In this document: positions 13,177-27,026 of the stretch, one piece after another
Position numbering within the stretch: position 1 is the first letter of the stretch
Layout: the number at the start of each line of letters is the position of its first letter
NCBI RefSeq assembly: GCF_964355755.1
Contig: NC_092680.1
Coordinates: forward strand, 2,046,001-2,110,000
Direction of reading: 5' to 3'
Source: Antedon mediterranea
Taxonomy: Eukaryota; Animalia; Echinodermata
Length of the DNA: 64,000 nt
Program-made: the position numbers and the translations under genes
Notes under the pieces: model-generated
What the model was told of the DNA's origin: nothing
Database searches by the model: none
The model's input: only the letters and a program-made list of their open reading frames with translations

Positions 13177-13463
13177 AGAGGCTGCTCAGTTACCAGCTAG
13201 AAACAAAGACATTTGTAAATATATCCTGCGCAAATATAAATGAACAGTAACACCATCGCCTCGAAGAAGAAATATTTTTGAATATTTAAATAATTTAGCT
13301 TTATTAAAAAAAAAAGTTTCTACAATAGCACATCATTCATGTATGTCGAACAAATGTTATTACAGTATTTGGAAACCAGAAAAATGTTTACCCTCATTCA
13401 GCACGTTGTAACTTATAAATGAGATTTAACTTAATTGATAATTTATCTTATTTTTTAGTAGTA

Positions 13464-14782
13464 CAGTCAACTCTCCCAATACCGGACACCCTTGGGCGGG
13501 CATATATTTTCCGGTTTTTCGAAAGTCCGGTTTCCTGAAAACATTTTTAAAGTCATCACGTTGTCACTGAAAATACTTTGAATCACCGGTCCGAATGCTG
13601 CCCGGTACGGACTCCTAGCGTAGGGAAGGCCTAGGCTATGATTGTGTCAATCTAGTTTTAATTAAATAAATACTGATAGGCCTAGGCCTACTTTATTAAT
13701 ATTAAGCTAATTCAATTTACCTTTTTTAAAAGTTACATTATTTACTGTACCAATAAAACATGTTACAATAGTAAATTATTGTTTCTCAATGTGTTTTTAA
13801 CGGCAAAAAGGCCTACGTACGTACGTACGGTGAACATAATTTCGGTCTGTTTATTGTTTTTCGTGAGCTAGCTAGCAGCAGCAGCAGCAGCATGGTGGTG
13901 GGGGTGATAAGGGCTTTGATTGATGCGCATGTGCAGAGGTGTCATAACCAAATAAAAACGCCCACACCTAGACCACATGTTTTTTAAGCTCCTTTATTTT
14001 GACGTAATTTGATAGCAATAAACGAGCCAAGCAATAATGTAATGACACAATAATTAATTGGTAACATTTCAAAGTTTATTAACACTAGTTAAGTCAAGTT
14101 CATTCCGTTTACGTTTTGCCATAATGATTTCCAAATTTATAATGATGCACATTTTTAGTGAAACATTCCTTTTTAAAGTCCTATTGCAATTGTGAATTTA
14201 ACAATGAATAATTTAAACAAAACAAAGACACAAAGTGGAATGTAAATTGAACTTTATTAAAAAACAATTCATATGCTAAAAAACAGGGAGTTGTTAACAA
14301 CTCCCTGCTAAAAACAATAGACATTAAGACATAGCGCTTCGATGTGAAAAAGCCCACCGCAGTTCGATACGGAACAAAGCAATTGCCGCCTCGTGGGTTA
14401 ACAATGAACTGACCTGTCAATCACAGTGTAGTGCTCCATGGCAACATTATTTGATCGTACCGCGAAACGTCGCGCACTTCATGCATGGTGAGGGTATGGT
14501 TAAAAGCTTTTGTACATTGTGAATGTATTGAATCCGAGTCAGCGACGACGATGTTGCGTTGTTTTCGTAAATATTTGGAGTTTTTTAACTGTCAGTCCGG
14601 TTTTCAGACGCTAATTTTCGTGTTTTGTACTTCATAATTTGTCCGGATTCCGGAATTGGGTATTCCGGTTTTCATAATAAATTACAGTACATTTAGAATA
14701 GGGACAAATTGGGCCCCCCAAAAAAGTCCGGTTTTTCGTGAATTCCGGTTTTGGGAGAGTCCGGTATTGGGAGAGTTGACTG
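13464..14782. mobile_element. Non-autonomous Tc1/mariner-superfamily (pogo/Tigger-like) DNA transposon, ~1.3 kb
   Basis: Perfect TIR CAGTCAACTCTCCCAATACCGGA / TCCGGTATTGGGAGAGTTGACTG, TA on both flanks, subterminal TCCGGTTTT repeats, no transposase ORF. Confidence 0.9.
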
Positions 14783-15628
14783 TACTGTACTAGTTTATTT
14801 CATTGACTTGATTATATGCGTAATGTTATAGTGAAAGAACAAATTAATTTTACAATATTTATGTACTGTGTAAAGCTCTGTCTACATTATCAAACTTTAT
14901 GTGACAAAAAAGTGATATGACATCATCATGTCCATATATGGGCACATCACTTTTTTTCACATAAAGATTGATAGTGTAGATAAAGCTTTAAGATGTTAAG
15001 AAAATATAAATTTATTTTGGATATAAAAAAAGTCTTTACAGTATCATTAAATGATTTATGATTGAATTGATATTAGAAGTAGAACATAATGTGTTATGTA
15101 ACAATGTCTATATTAGAATGATTTAAAGGGAGAACTTGTTTTTGTAAGCATGTATAAGTCATGCTGATTGTAATTTGTGTATATGTACAGTATTGTTTGT
15201 TATCTTCAACTGTGGCTTTACCGAAATGAATAAACCACAATTGAACGAATGAATATATCTGACTCCGTATTGCTTTATTTTTCATGATATTCCATATTTT
15301 GAAAAATTATTTTGTTGGGGCTGAAATGTGAATACTGTCTACACTATCAAACTTTATGATGGCAAAAAAATGTGATGTGCCCATGGAAATGATGATGTCA
15401 TATCACTACGATATTTGGGCACATCACACTTATTTGGCAAACTAGTTTGATAGTGTAGACAGAGCTTACAACAATGTTATAATAATGAGAGAGCCCTTAA
15501 ACTGCTGTCTGTCAACTCTATTTAAAAAGTGAGTTTTAACCAAAAAAAGAAAGCACTTAGAAACTGAGTGAAGTACTTGGCAAAATTTATCAATTTCTGT
15601 TTAATATCTCATTCATTCGTTGATCTGA

Positions 15629-18600
15629 TCAATTTTTTCCATTTGCAAATTTACTATATTTTTCAACTTGACTTGTTGAGAGAGATGGTTTAGTTGTAAT
15701 CAAGGCTGTTTTAAAGTGAGACTGCGTAACCCCACTCACCCCGAGTCCATCCTGTTGTAGAGCAGTTAGTGCAGCCTATAAAAAACAACAGTTTCAAATT
15801 AATTAATTTTCAACATAGTAATAGAAAATAGTCAATTGGTCGCGTTCAACATGTACATTTCAGCAAAGGGAAACTGCTCTTCAAATTAAACTGAGTAAAG
15901 CTATGTCTGTTTGAATGTAGATATTTCCACATGATAACAAATTCTTCCCAAAATTAAATTAAAACTGTGTAATTCACCTATTTAATTACAGTATTTTAAA
16001 ATTTAACCAAGAACATTTGTACTGCCGATAATCTGCTAGCAGTAGGACTACATATTAATACTGTACATGTTTGTTTGCCTTTGTGTTCTATTAACATTAC
16101 CTCTCTGCATAGATTCTCAAGGTCTGCTCCACTATATAAAACAGTTTCCTTTGCAATCTCTTCTAGATTTAGCTCCTCGGTTTGTGGTATTTTCTTGGTG
16201 TACACTTGCAAAATTCTGAGCCGAGCCTGCAAAAGATCATTTCAATTGAGGTAATATCAATTAATAGTAATACCTGTGTTTCCAATTACTTTACCAATTA
16301 ACTTGGCTCTCTGATGCAAAGCTACCACGAAACAAATACTAAAACACAAGATGTAATAGAGTTGGTCATGTAAAGTGGTTGTACAATGGAGTATTGAAGA
16401 AAGCATGGATGGAAACTTTTAATTTGTAATTGTAACATATACCTCGTAATCTGGTGGTGGTACGTATACAATTCTGTCCAGTCTACCGGGTCTCATGATG
16501 GCGCTATCAATCAACTCAGGCCTGTTGGTGGCAGCAACGACTATTACATTTTTATTCATATCATTATTTTTCACAACCTACACAAATTGAATAGTAATTT
16601 ATTAATTTCTACTGTAGTAAGGCAAGTTCGTTTTTCATGTACAAACAATCAACGGCATAATGTCCTATCTGAAGGACTATAGAATGAGATGCACTTCATT
16701 TAAGGGCACTGACCAGATGGCAAATGCAGGTCTCAAAATAGTTCTTCTCTATTTTGCTCTTACAATATAATCACATATATGATATCGTATATAAACAAGT
16801 TTGAATTATACCTTCATATTTAACTCTGTTTCATCTTCTTCACATATCTTTTCATTTCGTCCAACACGATCCTGAATAGACACACCTAAGCCATCCATTT
16901 CAGTTAGGAGGGTCGATAAGACTCTCTGTTGCACCCCTTTCTTACCACCCTGCGATCTGTTACCAATAATAGAATCAATTTCATCTAAAAAAATGATAGA
17001 TGGTGCTCCAATGCGAGCATGATGAAATATCTGTAAAACAAATTATAGAAGATTATTCCATTGATCACATAGAAGGCAATTGCAACCATAATAAGGATTC
17101 TACTGTTAAAGCTGTGTCTACACTATCAAACTTTATGTGACAAAAAAATATGATGTGCCTATATCATGATGATGTCAAATCACTACCATATTTGGACACA
17201 CCGCACTTTTTTTGTCAAACTAGTTTGATAGTGTAGACAGAGCTTTATAGTATTGAAAACAGATGAGGTTATGGTACAGTCAACCGCACATGTAATTTAA
17301 AATTTACTGTACTGTGTTGTAAATCATGTATTATTTGGTATGGCGATGATCAACATAAAACACATTGTTTCCTATCAGCAAGGTCAGGTCAGGTCACCTT
17401 AATTTGTCTGTCGCAATGTTTGAAGACTATCCCATTCTTGAAACTTACCTCAGCCACGGTTTTCTCCGAGTCTCCAACGTACGGAGAAAAGAGCTGAGCA
17501 GCGCTGACTGAAAAGAATGTGGCATTGCAGGAAGTTGCAGCAGCTTTTACTAGTGTCGTTTTGCAGCAACCTGGGGGGCCATAAAGTAACACTCCTCTAG
17601 GTGTTTGTATCCCTAGCTTCACAAATGATTCTGCATGCTGCAGTGGCCACTCTAAATCCTAAAGAGAAAAATGTTTAAATTTAACATAACATTCTTTATT
17701 CATCAGCAGAACCAATGAAGTCACAATATTTTATATGAATGCGACTCTATTACCCCTTTCACACCAAAACTCTGGAGTGTCTCCAGAGTTTTGCTTTTTG
17801 TGTGAAAGGGGTATATGTCTCACATCATCTTGATTGTCAAGCTTTGCTATATTTAACAATTCACTGGTACCTGTTTTAGTTTGCTCTTGACATCATCCAG
17901 TCCTCCAATATCTTCCCAAGACACTGGTCTAAGATCCACCTTCCAGCTGGCTTGTCTTTGTGTTGAAGGGGCAATCAATCCTAGCGCTTGCTGGAAATCA
18001 TCCCAATTTACAATTGGTTTCGTCTGCAATAAAATGATTAGAACGTTGAGGGGAAGAGAGTACACAACGAATTGAATCTACCTGAGCCAACCTGAGCATA
18101 TATAAAATGAATATGAGTAAGAATTCTCTAAAAATTCAGCGTGACCCTAATTCACAGCAGTGCTTATTATACCAGCTTTCTCCCAATGCTGGTTTTTCCA
18201 GCTAGTTCAGATCCAGATGCACCAGATTAAATTGGCTCCAGTCAGTATTAAAAATGATTTAGGAAAATATAACACAAACACTTGTCTAGTAGTGGTATAG
18301 TAGACTACTGGTCAGTAGGTCTAGAAATTACAAACAACAAGAGCAAACAGAAGGTACTGTTTACTTTGTTAATTTTTCCTCAACACAGTTTTGATGGATT
18401 CTAGGACCCGACCAATGCCACAATATGTGTAGATCGTCGAAAATTGAAAACTTCTGATCGTAAACAAACCTGATGACCAGCTGTAATAGTTGACAGATTA
18501 ATTCTGTGCAGTGCCTGAAATGAAGCTTCACGGCAAAGAGATGCTAAATCTGCTCCTACGTAGCCATTGGTCATTTCTGCCAACCTGTCAAGTTTTACGC

Positions 18601-20272
18601 TTGAAGCTAAATGAAGCTTGTTAGTGTGTATTTGCAGGATTTCTTGTCTTTGTTCTCTGCTTGGGACACTTATAACAATCTGTAACAAAACAAAAGGGTA
18701 ATTTGTTAACATTTCCTACTACCATAAAAAGCTTTCTAGTTTTGTGATATTGTGTTGATTGTGGAACAAAAAAGCGGCAATATACAGTATATGGTTAACA
18801 TTATAAGCAACCTCTATTCAATTTTTTGGGTCCCAAAGGTGTCCTTTTAATAGCAGGGTTTGTAATGACAATTATTTTTACACGGCCCATGCAGAGCCAT
18901 AAAAAGCAATGTGCATTTCAATTGATGCAATAAATCCATTTTTTACATACAGTGTAAAGCTCTGTCTACACTACCAAGTTTGTTTGACAAAAAAGTGTGA
19001 TGTGCCCAAATATGGTAATGATATGCTTAATTATGAAAGTGAAATAACATCATCATGTCCATATAAGGGCATGTCACATTTTTTGTCACATAAATTTGAT
19101 AGTGTTGACAGAGATTTACATACCTCTCTATCAAATCTTCCAGGTCTGCGCAGAGCAGGGTCAATAGCATTGGGTCTGTTGGTAGCACCAATAACCACAA
19201 AATCATGTTTCTCCCCAATGCCATCCATCACTGTCAACAACTGAGCAACCACACGATTTTCATGAGATCCACTGTCCATACCTCTTTTAGGACAGAGGGC
19301 ATCAAGTTCATCAATGAACAAGATTACTGCTCCATTAGCAGCTTTCTTTTGTGCTTTTTGAAATGCCTTTCTCAGATTCTCTTCACTCTCTCCAGGACGA
19401 GGACCAAATATGTCAGAGCCATTTAGAAGAACGATAGATGCCATACAATCTTCAGCTATTGATTTAACCAGTAATGTCTTTCCGACTCCAGGAGGTCCGT
19501 GCAACAGGATACCTTTGGGAACTGTTATCCCAATTTGTTTAAACGTTTCTCTTTCACTGAAACAACCATCAATTAGGTTCTTAAGGAGTTTGTGCTCTTT
19601 TGATAAAGCACCAACGTGCGACATTTTCTCTTTGGCAGCCAAAGCAATCTTCTCAAGACTGCTGCAACCCACAACATTTATTTCTGTTCTTTGTGTTATA
19701 ATGCCACATTCAAAGTCAGTTGGGTCTTTTATATGATGTTCATCCGCAGATAATTGTTCGTCCAAGGTGGCGCCAGATTCTATCGAGTAGCTTTCTATAC
19801 TAATCGCTGATATACCAAGTAGGCTAGAAAAAGGTTTAAAATGCTTCAAAGACACAATGCAATCTTTTCTTACAACCACATTTTCAAGAACAGTTTGAAG
19901 ATGGGAAATATCATTGCAATCTGATGATACATTTTTTAGCAATCTAATATTCAGTTTTGACAGCCGTTTGATGTTCCGTACTGGACAAATATCATAGTGT
20001 CTTCTTTGACAGCTGGTTTCTAAAACGGCTTCATCCATCCTAAATGTATCAAAGGTTAAAGTTACTGATGAATCAAATTGTATAAAACCTTTTTTTCGAT
20101 CAGACCTTGGCCAAATTACACAAATAAATTGTTTGTTTTCTTCTTTAGTAAGAACGACAACATCTCTTATTTTCAGGTTTAATTTCTTCATGGCTTCAGG
20201 TCCGATGTAACATCTTTGAACATTCTTGTACGAACTTGGCAACGGTATATTGATCAAATCTAGCGTTTCCAT
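15629..20272 (-). CDS. SPATA5L1: Double-AAA ATPase SPATA5-like 1 (AFG2B)
   Basis: Large first exon (20272-~19123) with [14 protein letters not shown] and [12 protein letters not shown]. Further exons ~18679-18470, 18023-17871, 17658-17449 (GPPGCCKT), 17030-16812, 16577-16443, 16226-16101, 15775-15629 ending ...KFANGKN*. Confidence 0.9.
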
Positions 20273-20986
20273 CTTTAATATCTTTACCCTGTTTTTAAAA
20301 CAAATATAAATAAAACCGGCAAACGACTTTCTTTCTGTTAGTGTTTAAATATTATTTGGCATGACCGAGTGTGTAAAATAAATAGCATTTCTGTAAACAT
20401 GGTTAATTGTAAATCCCCATGGATAATTTGATAAAATGTTAGAGGACACATAATCGACCATTCCCATTGAAAAAAAACAAGTAAAATTTACCACCAAAAT
20501 TATAAATAACAATTATTTATAGTTTTATGCAAAAACTATATTTGTCAAATTTAGAAAATTGATTTCATGCAACACACTGGTGACTGGTGTTTGGCTTAAT
20601 ATTCAATCAAATGAGATGTGAAAACCCTACTATCTAATAAGTTTGTCAGTCAGATCAATAACACCCTCCTCCAACCAACACTCCTCCCTTATAATCCACC
20701 TTTCAAAAATGAAAAAAAAACACATGGCATTTAAATTGATTAAAAACAAACGCCCTCAAGTGCCTGAGTAGGAGGCATTTACTATTTACCCGTTATAAAT
20801 TACATTATATTTTCAAGATTTTATGCTATAGAATAATTTTTGGGAATAAGTATCATCAAATCAAACAATTTAAATATGTAAATATAGGCATAATGGTTTA
20901 TACAACTAGGTAGAAATTATAAAGTTATGAATCTTACAATTCGTTTATGTACGGCCGCCTGTAATTTAGACAAGCTGTAATACAAA

Positions 20987-23900
20987 ATGGCAGCGTACAT
21001 GATGAATAAATCGCTGTTTTTTCGCTTTCTTAAAAGAGGTGTAATTCAGCAGAACATGATACCAATTCCTGTTGCACAATATGCCAAGAAAGCTGGTAAT
21101 GCATTGTCATTTATTTCTTTTTGGTTTCGTGTTTTAACAACGTTGTTTAAATTTAAATGTTAGCTAGGCTAGAGACTACTCATGCTAGCTGCATGTCGCA
21201 ATGATAGAAAGTCATTGATGCGTGACACTTTGGTTGTATGAAGTACGAGTCGTTTCGCCCCTATATATTAATTTTACAATTTTTAATGAGGAAACAAACT
21301 GGTTTATTATAGATTTAAAATAATTAATAACACATCAGTGAGTCTAATTTAGTAATTTCTTTAAAGATGTATTGTCCCCCTGAAAAAAAATTTTTTTTCA
21401 ATATTTTTGTTGAATAGGCCATTTTAATTGCACATAAAAGTTATTCACTTTGACCTCAATTTGGATTGAAAAAAATAATTTTTTACACGGGAAAATCGCA
21501 ATTTAATGCAAAAATTAACCAACCGGAAGCTATTTGTCTGGAAGACAAATGTGTTCCGGTTTAATTTAACCCTTGACCTGAGTTAGCTCATAAATATTCA
21601 TATTGTATGGATACATCATGTGGATGATGATGCTTTCCAAATCAACAGCCAACAACGATAGCAATGCGTGCGTGCGAGAGAGTCGAGTAGTGATGCGAGA
21701 CGAATCTTGAAGAAAACACGAAAACTATAGCTAGCAGAATGCTAAGTTAGAATTACAGTTAGTAACTTTGATGTTGAATCTTATTCATTTAGGTGAGTTT
21801 TTGTTTCGCTAACAGGAGAGGCCTAGCTAGGCCTAGGCCCGAATTTGCTGCTACTGTACTACTAGTCTACTACTACTACTAGCACTGACAGTCTCGAGTA
21901 GCCTAAACTGCTGCCTACTTCTGTCTCTAGAAGTAGAGTGTAGTAGGCCTAGGCAGTACACTGCTAGCTAGGGCTACAGTAGACCACCACCAGAAGGGAT
22001 GTATTTTTGTTTCTATCATGATGAATTGGTTTAATTTTTAAAGATTTCAACTATCTATTCGGCAGTGAAAATTTAAAAAAAAAGAAAATCTAAATATTGT
22101 TTTGGATGTTTTACTGATGCAATATTTTAAAAATATTTTCTTTATCAAATGCAATAGGTTCAAATTAACATTCCGCAAATAAACATTTTATGCAGATATT
22201 TTGACACAAATTTCTTTTTTTTTAGGTTGATTGATTGAACAATAAGAGCAAGTAGTGAGAAACATAAAATGTATCGTACAGTGGCAACATTCACAATTTA
22301 TTGAAACGTTTCTTACTATTAAAATGACACTTTGTAATGGATGTGAGCGATCTTAGAAGACTATAGCTGTCGTAATTACTGCCACAATCAACACATTGAT
22401 AATTAGTAGACAAATTGACACAAAAAACAATACAGGAATTCAATAAGATATACTGTATATATATATTTTATTAACTCCTTTTGCACTGTAATATTTACAG
22501 TAAAATTATGAAGTGTAAGTAAATTTGAAGAATTTATCCTGTGTACTGTTGTAGTAGTTTTTTTTTATTTATTGAATGTTATGTTTACAAAATAATATAC
22601 TGTACATATAATACAAACAAAATTATACAATATTTTACAAGCTGGACAAGAACATATTGGCCGAATGCAGCAGGAGAGTCGGAAATATTTTTCCTGCAAT
22701 ATCCAATCATATTCCAATACCGAGTCTATCATTGTTGTCTTTGGGTGACCTCTGTTCCAGTCTTCATCAACGTCTTTAAAAAAAGTAAAAGCAAAGTATG
22801 AAAATCTGGAAAAAATAGATCATGCATATTTAGTGCAAAATTGTGCTAGTGAAATTGCTTACTTTGACATATAGTCAAATAAGTACATATACTACCTTTC
22901 TATGGTAATTAAAACACATTACTTATAATGTTATAACTTATAAAAAGAGATAATAAATATTTGACTTACTACAGTACAGAGAACATTTGTTTGTGTTGTA
23001 AAATGGCTAAGCTGGCTTTTCCCCTCTGTCTACTTGTACAGTGCTGCTGGAAGGTTCTCCATTTCAGGCTTGTATTGCAACCATTTTCCCTGAAAAATGT
23101 TTGTTTTATTTTTATCATAAAAATTAGTTAAACAAGCTTCAACTGTAAATATATATGGTACAGCAAGCTGGCTGTATTTTCGGAATGTAGCTAAGATTGA
23201 TGGCATATAGCCTAGGCCAGTCTATGAAGAGTACAATGTATAGGGCCTAGCTGGGCATCTTCTGCAGGGACCTGATTGTCACAGTCTGCTTGCTACTAGC
23301 CTAGTAATATGCAGCAGCATGTATTAATTATTCTAGGCCTAGCCCTGAACTGAAAAAATCCCAGGCTAAGTTAATTAATTTACCTTCCTGTTATTATTGC
23401 GTTATATATATTATTATATTTAAAATAACCGTCTAGGCCTACTTACCGACAAATTAACAGCTCAGCTTTACATATTTATACGATCAGGCCAGGGAAACCC
23501 ACAGTCGAGTAGCGTCGATCTCTGGTGGTGTTGTTGTACAACGTGCATCGTCCATTGTTAGATCAGATCTCTGCTGTGTGGATGCTCATTAACATATCAT
23601 GCATATGTATGAGTTAGCTCTACCGGCCTAATTTCTGAGCCGACGAGTTCGAAAAAATGGTAAACTTATTTTGATTTTTTTATAAGCGAAATCAATATTT
23701 TTTTCGGATTTTTTTTCGGTGGAAGTGAATAACTTTATGTTAACTACAAAACGGTCTATTCAAAATTTGATTTTTTTCATCTTTATTTTTCATTTTTTGG
23801 GGGACAATACATCTTTAACATTTTTTAAATATACCTTTTTACATGAATCTAGAAATCTATTTTATTATTAATTAATCAAATAATTCTTTTAAATATTTAG

Positions 23901-24372
23901 TTAATGTTTAATAGTTACACTAATACCAATTATTGCTTCGATTAATTCTATTATTATATAATTTTATTTTTTATTGTTTATAAACAGTTATGAAACTTGA
24001 AAGAAATGTTAAGTTTCATTGTACAATTTAATAAAATGAAGTTTAATTAAATTATTAAATTACTGAGGAATTCTCTTCTTCCAATACTTAGGGAAAGCTG
24101 CAAGCAAGGCATCAGAACCAGAACCAGAAATATTTGAAGCCAAGGATCCAGAAGATCTTGTAAAATACTGCGTTGGTTTAAATTATTTCAAAGAAGGTCC
24201 TGAAATAGAACTGAAACCAGACTCTGAGTATCCAGATTGGTTATGGAACTTACATATAGGACCACCCCAGAAGTTGGATGATATGGACCCAAACACACGA
24301 CAGTACTGGAGAAAATTACGTAAAATGCACATGAAAAGGAACAATGCTCTATCAAAGGGAAAGAAATTTTAG
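20987..24372 (+). CDS. MRPL54: Mitochondrial ribosomal protein L54 (mL54)
   Basis: Exon 1 20987-21095 (transit-peptide-like, ..QYAKKA). Exon 2 24092-24372: ..LVKYCVGLNYFKEGPEIELKPDSEYPDWLWNLHIGPP..YWRKLRK..RNNALSKGKKF*. Not present in the ORF track. Confidence 0.93.
21365..23814. mobile_element. Non-autonomous Kolobok-like DNA transposon (~2.45 kb) in the MRPL54 intron
   Basis: TTAA-AGATGTATTGTCCCCC ... GGGGGACAATACATCT-TTAA: perfect 16-bp TIR, TTAA target duplication, AG..CT termini. Confidence 0.82.
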
Positions 24373-25108
24373 CTGCTTTCATGAATTGTTGTCATCCAAG
24401 GCTATTGGACGATGCGATGCTGGCTGCAGTACTTAGCCCAAAAAGGTGGCGTCTCAAATAACTAATTAAGGAGAGTAACATTTATTGATGTAACTAGTGT
24501 CTCTGGTTACCTGGGTATATCCCGATACAAAACTGATCAGAAGAAAATTGGAAATGCTTAAGCTCTGTCTACACAAAGTGATGTGCCCATATGTGGACAT
24601 GATGATGTCATACCACTACCACATTTGGGCACATAACACTAATTTGACAGTGTAGGCAGAGCTTTAGAATGTTGTTACTGCACATACTCATTGGATGTAG
24701 GTGTATTCATGCACAATGCTTTTACCAATATTAAATAACAAATAACTATATAATCAAATGATTAAACAATTTGTGTACAAAAAAAACCCAAATAAACACA
24801 GCACATTACATATTTTTTCTTTTGATTATTTATTAAATAATTCACAAATTATATATTAAAGATATTTGTACCTGTAATTTATTATGTAATTAATATAAAA
24901 GATTATTACTCAAATATATAAATTCTTCATAAACTTGGGCCTATTCTAAATTAAAGTATCACAGGAATTCAGTCCAATTATCACAAATTTCCAACTGGGG
25001 ACCAAAATGTCTGGTCTCTACATAGATCATTTGTAATAATGATTTAAAATTTGTTGGTGGACTGATACCCCAGAGTAAATACACCATATTGAATAAATAA
25101 AATTGATT

Positions 25109-26812
25109 TTAAGGTGAAAGTTTGTAACTTGAATCCCATACAGTCAGCACACCTACTAACGAACCTAAGATACCAAATAAGCCTTGCATCCCTGGTGATA
25201 GATTCAAGTAGCCTAGAGTTGATGTGGGAAGAAACAGGTCCGATAAATTCTTTACTAAATCTAAGGTTACTTGCACATTCTCCCGTAAGCATTTTTTGAC
25301 AATTATATATGCCGTGTTAGGATATTGTGTTATATTCCCCATTGGTGACGTTGGCACGCCATTCGTCTGTCTAAAATTACCCTCCATTTTCTTTCCCTTT
25401 TCGTAGTCCAACGCCGTTTTCCCGAGCAAAGTCGCAAGTTCGTAGAAGTCTCTTGAGAGGTTTAATATAATAGTTGCTAACCAAAATTTTGCTGAGATTT
25501 TACTGTACTTGTCCTTGTCCGTTTTGATAATGCCGACTTTATCGGCCCATAGAAGATGATCAAATAGGAGGTAGAAAGCTTGGTTGATTTTTGACATCGT
25601 TACGGTAACACGTATAAACACATCGGGATGATGTATTGTTCTTAATGCAGCATGAAGCATATCAAAACTTTTACCAAAACGTAACACTAAATAAGAGAGA
25701 AACAATTTTTTTTTTTATAACCAAAATCATTTTGTTTTCTGCACAATTAGTGTGGTGGGGGAGGGAGAGACAGAGTGTGTCTTATGGGAACGCAATTTCT
25801 GAAGGAAGTAGGGATTGAGGAAGGGTAGTAGGGTCATTACCACTACCCTCTGCTAGCATAAAATGTTTTCAAGTTACACAACACTAAAAATATTCTAATT
25901 GCTATACCGATGATTCAGCGTTATTTTTTATGGTTGACCTTTATCCTTTAGTATATAGACATTTTGTTATTTCTATTTAATTTGTGATTACGCAGTTCTA
26001 GCATGAGATCATACTATCTATCATTCATATCTGTTATAATTCCATAAACAGGGCACTGTAGTATTATGTCTGAATGCAATCTGAAGTGTCAACCCATACA
26101 CTGATACAATGGGGTAATGGGTTATTCTGTGGTACCCATACTCCTATCGATAATTTTTTTTAAAGATTAATAAGATCTGAAATTGTCATTTATAACATCT
26201 AGAATTTCCACACTTTTAATTAAGTTTCATACAGTTTAAATTTAAGAATTAAAATTTCTTTAAATCAACAACAATGTATTTCATATTGTATGTGCAAAAG
26301 TTGTTATTATTAATATAATAGATTAAAACACATTTAACTTACATTTTCGTGTGGTACTCAAAGCTTTTTCCAAGTTTTTAAGCCTGATGATTGTATCTTC
26401 AGTTTCTGTCCTTTTTTCAAGACCCCACCAAATTAATTTACTTGAATATTGAACAGTTCTGTGAATTTGATTTGTAAAAAAAATAAAATTAATTAGGCCT
26501 AAATATAAAACTAATGTAGGCAGGCCTAGCATACTACTAAGTAACCTTCTTGCTGTAGGTTTTTATACCTTCGATGGGTAGGAGGTAGCTAAGGCTAGGC
26601 CTACTACTACTACTAGTACTACTAGGCCCTAGCTAGTACTACTCTAGCTAGTCTCTAGTAGTACTTAGTAGGGCCTAGGCTTTAATTAGGCCTGGTGGTG
26701 GGCTAGCCTATATTGTTTTAATAATATAAAACTGCAAATGCTTTTACCTGAACAACTTGTCTCTTCCATTTGTCTGGCCACCAAACTTCACAATATGTGT
26801 AGCTACATCCAT
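25109..26812 (-). CDS. PEX11: Peroxisomal membrane protein 11 (PEX11A/B type)
   Basis: Exons 26812-26748 (MDVATHIVKFGGQTNGRDKLFR), ~26458-26343 (TVQYSSKL..LSTTRK), ~25687-25109 (LRFGKS..DLVKNLSDLFLP..YKLSP*). Confidence 0.93.
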
Positions 26813-27026
26813 TGCAAACTCTTTTCTTTTAATGCTAGGCTACTGGCTAGGCCTAACGGTACACGATGTTCGTCAACAACCCTGCAAATGACACACACGG
26901 ACGGGGGCGGGGCCGACCAGGCATTCCCTTTCCCAAAATTAAATAAAACGCCCTCTATTGTTCAGTTCTGATAAAAGTTTATTTTGTTTTTGGACACGAC
27001 ACGTGGGTGGCGGATTAAAGGGAGAA
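26813..27026. promoter_or_regulatory. Compact bidirectional PEX11/ADAL promoter
   Basis: Only 214 bp separate the divergent ATGs. GC box GGGGCGGGGC at ~26904 and CACGTG at ~27000. Confidence 0.65.
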
